From Sulfurospirillum sp. (lineage in GTDB: Bacteria; Campylobacterota; Campylobacteria; Campylobacterales; QNZT01): a stretch of DNA of 36,244 bases. Position 1 is the stretch's first letter; every line of letters starts with the position of its first letter. The translations under genes were made by a program, and so were the position numbers. Positions 27,348-35,143 of the stretch are shown piece by piece. Location: NCBI GenBank assembly GCA_003978405.1, contig QNZU01000071.1, forward strand, positions 1 through 36,244, read 5' to 3'. The notes beneath the pieces are model-generated. The model saw only the letters and a list, made by a program, of their open reading frames with translations, was not told the origin of the DNA and did no database searches.

Positions 27348-28498
27348 TTTACCGCCTCTGTGGGATCAGTTATGGCAATTTTCCAGATTGGTACCAATTG
27401 AGATAAAAGATAAGGAATAATAAAAAGAAGAAAAATTTCAAAGAGCAAAAGTTTATTGATATACGGATAAAAGATATACTCTTTTGGCAATCCGTTAAAG
27501 CCCAAAAAGATTTGACTCAAAAACGGGGCATTAAGATAATAGACATAAATATATGCCAAAATCACACCGATAACAAATGCCAACACTCCTATCATCAAAG
27601 ATTGAGTCAATTTTAGTTTGATTATATCTCCAACACTCCAGCCAACCATCTTCAAAATAGCCACATCTCTTTTTTGACTGGAGTTTGCAACTGTAAATCT
27701 TTGATACAAAAGCAACATAAAGGTAAAAATAACAATCATATACAAAAGCAAAAATATACCGCTTTTAAAATTAAAAAAATTCTCATAAGAATTTATCAAA
27801 TCTCTCTTGTCAATTACCAATGCGTCAAAAAAGAGGGACTTTAGTTTGTATTTTATAGTATCTAATTCACTTTTGTTTGGAACAAAAACTGTGATATCAC
27901 TAAAATAATCCTCTTTGGTACCAATTATATCTCTTGCTGTATTTGAGTTCGTTATTACAATATCACTCAAAGAGATGAAACTGTTTTTTGGCAAAAGAGC
28001 TTCTGTTTTTACCTTTATCTTTTTTCCTTCAGGTGAGAAAAAGTGGTAATACTCTTTAAAGTAGTGTTTTTGCATATACTTTTGAAAACTTGGTGAGATA
28101 AGCATAGTGTTATTTTCAAGCTGATCTTGTTGAGTCAAACCAGACAATATCTTCTCATCAGAGTCTATGCCCCAGATGGTAATAAAATAGCTACTGTTTA
28201 AAAGATGGTATCTTCCGTAAACTCTTCCCTTTGCCTTGTAGACTCCTCTTATCTTTTCAATCTTTTTCAGACTCTCTTTTTCGATATCTATATTGTGACC
28301 GCCCCTAAATTTTTGGATGATAAAATCTCCCTCATTTACAAGAGCATTTTTTAGTGAATATTGAAGTGAAGAGCTCAAAAACAAGAATGAACAAAGAAGA
28401 GTAACAAAAGCAGTTGATATAAAAAATACCCCGATATCTCTGGAACGATGCTTGTGAAGATCGAGTATGACAAAGTTGAAAAATGGAATTTTACTCAT
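27344..28498 (-). CDS. FtsX/MacB-type ABC permease (TM1, large periplasmic domain, 3 C-terminal TMs)
   Basis: Topology and C-terminal FtsX-like region (VAILKMVGWSVGDIIKL...) fit the family. The ATG at 28498 has SD GAGGGG 7 nt upstream, while the track start is the ATG at 28513. Confidence 0.85.
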   Translation of the reverse strand: MSKIPFFNFVILDLHKHRSRDIGVFFISTAFVTLLCSFLFLSSSLQYSLKNALVNEGDFIIQKFRGGHNIDIEKESLKKIEKIRGVYKAKGRVYGRYHLLNSSYFITIWGIDSDEKILSGLTQQDQLENNTMLISPSFQKYMQKHYFKEYYHFFSPEGKKIKVKTEALLPKNSFISLSDIVITNSNTARDIIGTKEDYFSDITVFVPNKSELDTIKYKLKSLFFDALVIDKRDLINSYENFFNFKSGIFLLLYMIVIFTFMLLLYQRFTVANSSQKRDVAILKMVGWSVGDIIKLKLTQSLMIGVLAFVIGVILAYIYVYYLNAPFLSQIFLGFNGLPKEYIFYPYINKLLLFEIFLLFIIPYLLSQLVPIWKIAITDPTEAVK

Positions 28499-28688
28499 AG
28501 ACAAACCCCTCATAATCTATCTCTTTTACAATAGGCGTTGTTTGGTACTCAAAAATCATTTTGCTAAAGATTCCATCAGGAGATCGATAAAAAAGGTATT
28601 TGTGATGAGGTTGGCAGGATAAGAGGTAAAAGAATATTATAAAAACTGCACTAAAAATAGATAGATATATCTTGCTAAGTGTGGTAAT
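28491..28688 (-). CDS. Candidate unannotated 65-aa lipoprotein with ATT start
   Basis: Open frame between TAA (28692-28694) and TAA (28491-28493). SD AAAGGA (28700-28695) lies 6 nt before the ATT at 28688. Predicted ITTLSKIYLSIFSAVFIIFFYLLS-C, i.e. a Lys n-region, a hydrophobic core and an LLSC lipobox. The first ATG in frame is only at 28559. Confidence 0.35.
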   Translation of the reverse strand: MTTLSKIYLSIFSAVFIIFFYLLSCQPHHKYLFYRSPDGIFSKMIFEYQTTPIVKEIDYEGFVYE

Positions 28689-28700
28689 GTTTTATCCTTT

Positions 28701-29132
28701 TTAATAAAGCATATCTTTTGTGATTTGTGAAAATCTTATCACTCTTTTGCCCTCATGATCATCTTTAAAAGCTTTGGCATCATCCTCTGTTAAAAAGGGA
28801 ATCAACTCAACACCCATAGGTCCATACACATTTGAGCCACTCACATAGTAAGCCTTTTTTGCATCGATACTTTTAAGGGAGTAGTAATCAATAACCGTTA
28901 TGGATGAGATCTTTTTTATCTGGTGCTTAAAACGGGTCGGTTCAAGATAAAACTTCATCATATCCTTTACCCCGTCAAAATAGAGCGAACTATTATCTTC
29001 ATATCTGATTGTTGCTACCCATTTTGGATATTTTGACACCCACATTCCGCACACTGGACATTTTGCTTTTTTTGGTATCGTATCGGCTTGAAGAAGACTC
29101 ATTGATAGAACTAATGCCAAAAATAGTCTCAT
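28701..29132 (-). CDS. Periplasmic NosL-family (copper chaperone-like) protein
   Basis: 143 aa with SD AAGGAAAA. Signal peptide MRLFLALVLSMSLLQA, then KCPVCGMWVSKYPKWVA...YFDGVKDMMKFY, a NosL-like CxxCGM pattern. Confidence 0.65.
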   Translation of the reverse strand: MRLFLALVLSMSLLQADTIPKKAKCPVCGMWVSKYPKWVATIRYEDNSSLYFDGVKDMMKFYLEPTRFKHQIKKISSITVIDYYSLKSIDAKKAYYVSGSNVYGPMGVELIPFLTEDDAKAFKDDHEGKRVIRFSQITKDMLY

Positions 29133-29242
29133 ATCAGATTTTCCTTTTTGATTTTAGTTTATCACAGTTGTGTTAAAACAGTGTTAAACATTTTACTTGA
29201 ACTTTGATAGAATTGTAATACTAAGTTATAAAGGAGACAATA

Positions 29243-29584
29243 GTGAAAAAGAGTATTCTATTTGCAGGATTTTTTCTGTTTTTGGTGATTGGTTGTACCC
29301 AAGAGACACAAAACAAACTAGGAAGAGCTATCCAAAACTGGACAGGAACCAATGGTGTGCTTGAAGTCTATGCCGGTGAGAAGCTGGTAAAAAAGTTTAT
29401 TAAAATAGACAAACTTTCCACTGCAGTTAGCACTGAAGGAGATGAGAGTCGTCCATATCGGTTTGGATACGGAGTTTTGGATGAGAACTTCAATGGCAAA
29501 GAAGACAAGGGTGAGAAGAGGGTCTATTTTGAGTTTTCTGATTATTCGACTTCATATATATTTTATGAGGATCCTCACCACTAA
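29243..29584 (+). CDS. Small lipoprotein of unknown function
   Basis: 113 aa. Strong SD AAGGAG and a GTG start, with lipobox LVIG-C. TAATG overlap with dapE. Confidence 0.75.
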   Translation: MKKSILFAGFFLFLVIGCTQETQNKLGRAIQNWTGTNGVLEVYAGEKLVKKFIKIDKLSTAVSTEGDESRPYRFGYGVLDENFNGKEDKGEKRVYFEFSDYSTSYIFYEDPHH

Positions 29585-30678
29585 TGGATATTTTGGAACT
29601 TTTTAAAAAGATTTTATCTTTTAGATCAATTACTCCCGATGATGGGGGAGCTTTTGAGTTTATTGAGGAGTATCTAAGCGGTTTTGAGGTGATAAAACTT
29701 GATATTGAGGGTGTAAAAAATCGCTTTTTTTATAAAAAATTTGGTGATGGAGAGCATCTCTGTTTTGCCGGACACATAGATGTGGTACCTCCTGGAGATG
29801 GATGGAGCAGTGACCCTTTTGCTCCAACCTTAAAAGATGGCTTTATCTATGCAAGGGGTGCTCAGGATATGAAGAGTGGATTGAGTGCATTTTTAAAATC
29901 GGTTCATGATGCCAAAAATTTTAACGGCACTCTTTCTGTTTTGCTCACCTCAGATGAGGAGGGAGATGCAAGATATGGTACCGTTAAAATGCTTGAACAC
30001 TTAAAAGATATAAATTTTCTTCCCGATTTTGCTATTGTCGCCGAACCCACCTGTGAAGAGCGGTTTGGAGATACTATAAAGATAGGTCGCAGAGGCTCTA
30101 TTAACGGAATAATTGAAAAAATGGGTGTTCAAGGTCATGCGGCATATCCCAATAAAGCCAAAAATCCTATACATATCGTCTCAAAAGTTCTTCCTCATAT
30201 GGCGGGAGCATTGCTTGATGAGGGCGATGAGAATTTTGAGCCAAGCCAATTTGTCGTAACTGATATCAGAGCCGGTATGGAGGTTACAAATGTTACACCT
30301 GCAAGTTTGAAGATGATGTTTAATGTCAGAAACTCCACCAAGACTACCGCAGAAGATGTCAAAAATTTTGTCGATCGCTATTTTAGCGGTATGGATTATA
30401 CCCTGGCTTTAAATCAGAGTGCAAAACCCTTTGTGACAGAGAGAAATTCAAAGGTGGTAAAGGTGATAAGTGAAGCTATTTTTAATATTGTCGATATAAG
30501 GGCAAAGCTATCTACTGCCGGGGGGACAAGCGATGCCAGATTTTTCGGTGAATTTGGTGTGGATACGGTAGAGTTTGGAGTAAAAAATGATACTATTCAT
30601 GCTATTAACGAAAGAGTTGGAGTTGATGAAGTTATAGAGCTTGAGAGAGTTTTTTCAAAAGTGATAAAAGAGTTTTAA
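29584..30678 (+). CDS. dapE: Succinyl-diaminopimelate desuccinylase
   Basis: 364 aa M20 peptidase. Motifs GHIDVVPPGDGW, SDEEG and the GGTSDARF tail region. Confidence 0.9.
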   Translation: MDILELFKKILSFRSITPDDGGAFEFIEEYLSGFEVIKLDIEGVKNRFFYKKFGDGEHLCFAGHIDVVPPGDGWSSDPFAPTLKDGFIYARGAQDMKSGLSAFLKSVHDAKNFNGTLSVLLTSDEEGDARYGTVKMLEHLKDINFLPDFAIVAEPTCEERFGDTIKIGRRGSINGIIEKMGVQGHAAYPNKAKNPIHIVSKVLPHMAGALLDEGDENFEPSQFVVTDIRAGMEVTNVTPASLKMMFNVRNSTKTTAEDVKNFVDRYFSGMDYTLALNQSAKPFVTERNSKVVKVISEAIFNIVDIRAKLSTAGGTSDARFFGEFGVDTVEFGVKNDTIHAINERVGVDEVIELERVFSKVIKEF

Positions 30679-30688
30679 GGAAAGTTAA

Positions 30689-31966
30689 GTGTTTGAGTTT
30701 GAAGACTATTATAAAATCGATATGGATGAATCACATAAAGCTGAAGCTTACAGTGCTTTAAAAGAGGAGCTTGATGGTGGTGAAGTAGGGTACTATTTGC
30801 TGCCTGAAGATATCTCGTTGGTGGCTAATATAGAATCATATATACTTGAGAAAAATTTGGCTTCAGATAGAATTGAGAATGTCGTGATATTAGGAATTGG
30901 TGGTTCATCTCTTGGTACCAAGGCAATTGATAGACTTTTGGAGTATAGTACCAAAAGAGATGAAAATGCCATTAGAAGAAGAAACAATAAAAATCTTATA
31001 TTTCTTGAAAATGTAGATCCAAATGAGATAGAAGAGTCACTAAAAGGGGTTAGAGTTGATAACTCTGTTTTTATAGTGATCAGCAAATCAGGCGGAACTA
31101 TCGAGACGACATCATCATTTAAATTTTTGTTAAAACGATTTGGGCTTACATTTGATGATGAGGTTTTTCAAAACAGTTTTATAATCATTACCGATAAAAA
31201 TTCACCTTTGGATCAATTTGCGAACGATTTTAATCTGAAAGTTTTTCATTTACCGACCAATGTAGGGGGAAGATTTTCGGTTTTAAGTGCTGTCGGATTG
31301 TTGCCGTTGGCATTGGTAGGATATGATATTGGTGAAATTTTGGCAGGAGCCAAAGAGTTAAAAGAGTCATTTTTTGCCAAGAAAGAGGATATGCTTATCA
31401 AAAAAGCTTACTACTATGCAATAAATAGAGAGAAGACTCCAATCAATGTCCTCTTTTCATACTCAAGTGCATTTAAATTTTTTAATGAGTGGTTTGTGCA
31501 GCTTTGGGCAGAATCTCTTGGGAAGATAAATCGTGACGGAGAGCATGTAGGACTAACTCCTGTGGGATTGATAGGCTCAATCGATCAGCACTCATTTTTA
31601 CAGCTAATCATAGAAGGGCCAAAAGATAAAAATGTCACGATGATAAAAGTGAAAAATTTTGACAATGACCTTATGATTCCAGATATTACTTTGCCACATC
31701 TAGAAAAAACTGATTTTATCAATAATCACACCTTCAATGAATTGATCAATGCACAGTGTGATGCTACGATGCAGAGTATTTTGGATCAAGATATTGGGCT
31801 TGATAGGATAGTTATTGACCGTCTTACAGAAAAGAGTGTTGGATATTTGATACTCTATTTTGAACTCTTAACTTCACTGACAGGATATTTTTTGAATCTA
31901 AATACCTATGATCAGCCGGGAGTTGAGCTTGGTAAGAAGATCTTACAAGAGAGATTTAGTAAATAG
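30689..31966 (+). CDS. pgi: Glucose-6-phosphate isomerase (short bacterial/archaeal type)
   Basis: 425 aa, GTG start after SD AAGGAAAG. Motifs GIGGSSLG, ISKSGGTIET, GGRFSVLSAVGLLP and QPGVELGK. Confidence 0.92.
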   Translation: MFEFEDYYKIDMDESHKAEAYSALKEELDGGEVGYYLLPEDISLVANIESYILEKNLASDRIENVVILGIGGSSLGTKAIDRLLEYSTKRDENAIRRRNNKNLIFLENVDPNEIEESLKGVRVDNSVFIVISKSGGTIETTSSFKFLLKRFGLTFDDEVFQNSFIIITDKNSPLDQFANDFNLKVFHLPTNVGGRFSVLSAVGLLPLALVGYDIGEILAGAKELKESFFAKKEDMLIKKAYYYAINREKTPINVLFSYSSAFKFFNEWFVQLWAESLGKINRDGEHVGLTPVGLIGSIDQHSFLQLIIEGPKDKNVTMIKVKNFDNDLMIPDITLPHLEKTDFINNHTFNELINAQCDATMQSILDQDIGLDRIVIDRLTEKSVGYLILYFELLTSLTGYFLNLNTYDQPGVELGKKILQERFSK

Positions 31967-32704
31967 ATGAATTTTATCATCTTTACTGATCTTGACGGAA
32001 CACTTTTAAATCACGATGACTACTCTTTTAGTGATGCTTTGCCACTGATAGAAAAGATCAAAGCTAGAAATATTCCACTTATATTTACAACTTCCAAAAC
32101 AAAAAAAGAGTGTGAAATACTACAAAACAAAATGGATATAGATATGCCTTTTATAGTAGAAAACGGTGCGGCTGTCTATGGAATGGGAGATGTTGATATT
32201 TTGGGAGTTAGGGTTGGTTTGATTAGAGAATTTTTGGAGCCTCATAAAGATAGGTACCACATCAGAGCATTTTATGATATGAGTGTAGAAGAGATTATGA
32301 AGCAGACCGGATTTGATAAGGAAAATGCAACCCTAGCAAAAGATAGAGAGTTTTCTCAACCCTTTTTGATTGAAGATGAGAGTGAGCTTGAAGAGTTTAG
32401 ACTATTGGCAAAAAAGAGTGGATTTAAGATACTAAAGGGAGGCAGGTTTTATCATCTTGTATCTCAAGATCAGGATAAGGGCAGGGCAGTCTTAAGAGTC
32501 TTAAATAAGATAGGAAAAGGTAAAAAATCTATCGCACTTGGTGATAACTATAATGATCTTGATATGTTAAAAGTTGTAGATATTCCTATATTGGTACCAT
32601 ATAAAAAAGATAGCTTTATAGATGCTAAACTGCCAAATATGATAAAAGCTCCATATACCGGTGCAAAGGGGTGGGCTAAGGCTTTGGGAGAGATCATTGG
32701 ATAA
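31967..32704 (+). CDS. HAD-IIB phosphatase of the mannosyl/glucosyl-3-phosphoglycerate phosphatase (MPGP) family
   Basis: 245 aa. Motif I is IIFTDLDGTLLNHDDYSF, followed by IFTTSKT and GDNYNDLDML. The context next to a GpgS-like gene favours a GpgP role. Confidence 0.8.
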   Translation: MNFIIFTDLDGTLLNHDDYSFSDALPLIEKIKARNIPLIFTTSKTKKECEILQNKMDIDMPFIVENGAAVYGMGDVDILGVRVGLIREFLEPHKDRYHIRAFYDMSVEEIMKQTGFDKENATLAKDREFSQPFLIEDESELEEFRLLAKKSGFKILKGGRFYHLVSQDQDKGRAVLRVLNKIGKGKKSIALGDNYNDLDMLKVVDIPILVPYKKDSFIDAKLPNMIKAPYTGAKGWAKALGEIIG

Positions 32705-33932
32705 AAAACAACTACTTAAAGAGCTTTACAGAGTCGGTGTTGAGGCTGTAATGCCCAAAAATTTTATACCTTTAAATATCTCTTTGGAAGATAATATTTT
32801 AAAAATAGCCAATTTAAATTACAACCTTGAAGAGTATGAAAATATCTATGTGATAGGAAGCGGAAAAGCCTCTATAGATATGGCTTTGGAATTAAAAGAG
32901 ATATTAAAAGATAGAGTTAAAAAGTATCTTGTAGTTTCAAATTATCAAAAGAGTGTTGAGGGTATCAAAATCATTCAAAGCTCACACCCAATCATTAGCC
33001 AAAAGAGTATCAAAGCAGCCGAAGATATTATAGATGAGTTTACTATGATGAGTGAGAGAGATTTGTCTATCTATCTGCTCTCTGGTGGAACATCTGCTTT
33101 GATTGAAAAACCGGTTGATGGAGTTAGTTTGGATGAGCTTAGTGAGCTTGGAAAGATGCTTTTAGAATCTGGTATGGATATCTCAAAGATGAATGTTATT
33201 AGAAAATCACTCTCCAAAATTAAAGGTGGCGGATTACTTGAGTATGCCAAATGTGACGGAGTAGTCTTGGTTTTGAGTGATGTGATAGGAGATGATCTTG
33301 ATACAATCGGTTCGGCTCCTCTTTTTGCCAAGCCAAATGATATTTCAGCCATCAAGATTTTAAAGGAGTTTCATCTTTGGGATAGGGTTACTGATGGCAT
33401 AAAGGAGGCTCTTTTAAAAGATAATCCCAAAAATCCAAAGAGAAGTTTTCCTCACATCATCATGGCTTCAAATTCTCATGCTTTGCAGATGATAGACAGA
33501 TATGCCAAAGAGTTGAATATCAACTCAAAAATTGTTACAAACTCACTAAATGGTGATGTTAAAGATGTAGCAAAGAAGATAACAAAGAGTGTGAGTGACT
33601 TGGAATATGATCTGCTTCTTTTTGGAGGAGAGAGCACAGTTAAAGTAGCAGGTGTAGGTAAAGGTGGAAGAAATCAGGAGCTTTGTCTTTGGGTTTTGAA
33701 GCAGATGAGAGAAGATTTGAATTTTTATTTTTTGTCTGCCGGAAGTGACGGAATAGATGGAAACAGTGATGCAGCCGGTGGGGTTGTGGGGATTGATGAT
33801 CTTGATGAGAGCATAGATGAATATCTAAAAAACAACGACTCATATCACTATCTTTTAAAACATAACTCTTTGGTAAAAACAGGTGATAGCGGAACCAATG
33901 TGATGGACATAATGATAGCTTTAAAGGAGTAA
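32697..33932 (+). CDS. Glycerate kinase, MOFRL family (glycerate 2-kinase type)
   Basis: GGESTVKVAGVGKGGRNQE and SAGSDGIDGNSDAAGG motifs. The TTG at 32697 follows SD GGGAGAG, while the track start GTG at 32661 has no SD. Confidence 0.85.
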   Translation: MDKKQLLKELYRVGVEAVMPKNFIPLNISLEDNILKIANLNYNLEEYENIYVIGSGKASIDMALELKEILKDRVKKYLVVSNYQKSVEGIKIIQSSHPIISQKSIKAAEDIIDEFTMMSERDLSIYLLSGGTSALIEKPVDGVSLDELSELGKMLLESGMDISKMNVIRKSLSKIKGGGLLEYAKCDGVVLVLSDVIGDDLDTIGSAPLFAKPNDISAIKILKEFHLWDRVTDGIKEALLKDNPKNPKRSFPHIIMASNSHALQMIDRYAKELNINSKIVTNSLNGDVKDVAKKITKSVSDLEYDLLLFGGESTVKVAGVGKGGRNQELCLWVLKQMREDLNFYFLSAGSDGIDGNSDAAGGVVGIDDLDESIDEYLKNNDSYHYLLKHNSLVKTGDSGTNVMDIMIALKE

Positions 33933-33934
33933 AT

Positions 33935-35143
33935 ATGTCAGATTTTTTTCAAAATGGAGTGATTACAACTATACCAAGATTAGGGAATAGATCGCTTGAA
34001 GATATGGAGAGTGAACTTGATAAACTCTCAAAAAGAAGAAATATGGTTTTAATTTTACCGGCACTTTATAGTGAGTTTGAAACACCTGCTATGCACAATA
34101 TTATAGAGGAATTAAAACATATTAAATATCTTTATAAGATAGTTTTGGGACTTGATGGGGCAAACAAAGAGCAGTTTGAAGAGGTGAAGCAGATCATGTC
34201 AGTTTTGCCGACTCCTGTTGATGTGATTTGGAATGATGGTCCAAGAGTTATGGAGCTTAAAAAAGAGCTTGATGAAGCTGGTTTTCAAAGCACAGATGTG
34301 AAGGGAAAAGGGTTGAATGTTTGGATGATGATTGGCTATGTGTTATCTGATTCGAATGCTTATGCGATAGCACTTCATGATTGTGATATTGTAAACTACA
34401 CAAGAGAGATACCAGCACGACTGTTTTATCCGATAGTCCACCCTGCATTTGACTTTGAGTTTAATAAAGGTTACTACTCAAGAGTTACCGATAAACTTCA
34501 TGGAAGAGCTACAAGGCTCTTTTATACACCACTTCTAAAATCTATAGAGAGGGTTTTTGGTAAGAGTAGATATCTTGATTATATGTCATCTTTTAGGTAT
34601 GCACTCTCAGGTGAGTTTGCCTTTATCAGATCACTTGCTCGTGGTATTAGAATCTCTCCAACTTGGGGACTAGAAGTCTCTACACTTTCAGAAATCTACA
34701 ACAACACCTCAAAAAAGAGGATTTGCCAGAGTGAGATTATGGAGAGTTATGAGCATAAACATCAAGAGATGGGAGAAAACAGCAACAGTGGTGTATCAAA
34801 GATGGCAAAAGAGATAGCAGAAACTATCTTTAGGATCATGTCGCAGTCTGGAGTTAGTTTTGGAAGTGCCAAATTTAATGCACTTTTGACCACTTACTAT
34901 GAGGAGTCAAGAAGAGCTATTGAGCAGTATTCAGCCGTCTCAGAGGTAAATGGTTTAAAATACTCAAGAAAGAGTGAGATAGAGGCGATCAGAGGTTTTG
35001 TTGATGCTCTAAGAGAGGCAAATGAAGAGTTTAACAAAGATCCTATGGGTGTCCCTTCACTTGCTGCTTGGACAAATGTCAGAAGTGTTTTGCCAAGTTT
35101 CACATACTACTACAACAAGGCGGTAAGGTTGGATAACAGATGA
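33935..35143 (+). CDS. Glucosyl-3-phosphoglycerate synthase-like retaining glycosyltransferase (GT81-like)
   Basis: 402 aa with SD AAGGAG. FFQNGVITT N-terminus and an ALHDCDIV DxD-type motif. Neighbours are an MPGP-type phosphatase and a glycerate kinase. Confidence 0.65.
   Translation: MSDFFQNGVITTIPRLGNRSLEDMESELDKLSKRRNMVLILPALYSEFETPAMHNIIEELKHIKYLYKIVLGLDGANKEQFEEVKQIMSVLPTPVDVIWNDGPRVMELKKELDEAGFQSTDVKGKGLNVWMMIGYVLSDSNAYAIALHDCDIVNYTREIPARLFYPIVHPAFDFEFNKGYYSRVTDKLHGRATRLFYTPLLKSIERVFGKSRYLDYMSSFRYALSGEFAFIRSLARGIRISPTWGLEVSTLSEIYNNTSKKRICQSEIMESYEHKHQEMGENSNSGVSKMAKEIAETIFRIMSQSGVSFGSAKFNALLTTYYEESRRAIEQYSAVSEVNGLKYSRKSEIEAIRGFVDALREANEEFNKDPMGVPSLAAWTNVRSVLPSFTYYYNKAVRLDNR

Noticed and set aside
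30520-30525. G6 homopolymer inside dapE, considered as a phase-variation tract
   Set aside because: It is too short for the poly-G/C contingency tracts of Campylobacterota (usually 8 or more) and lies in an essential housekeeping gene (codons GCC GGG GGG ACA).
33071-33355. 94-aa ORF antisense to the glycerate kinase gene
   Set aside because: Shadow ORF inside a CDS with strong MOFRL-family motifs.
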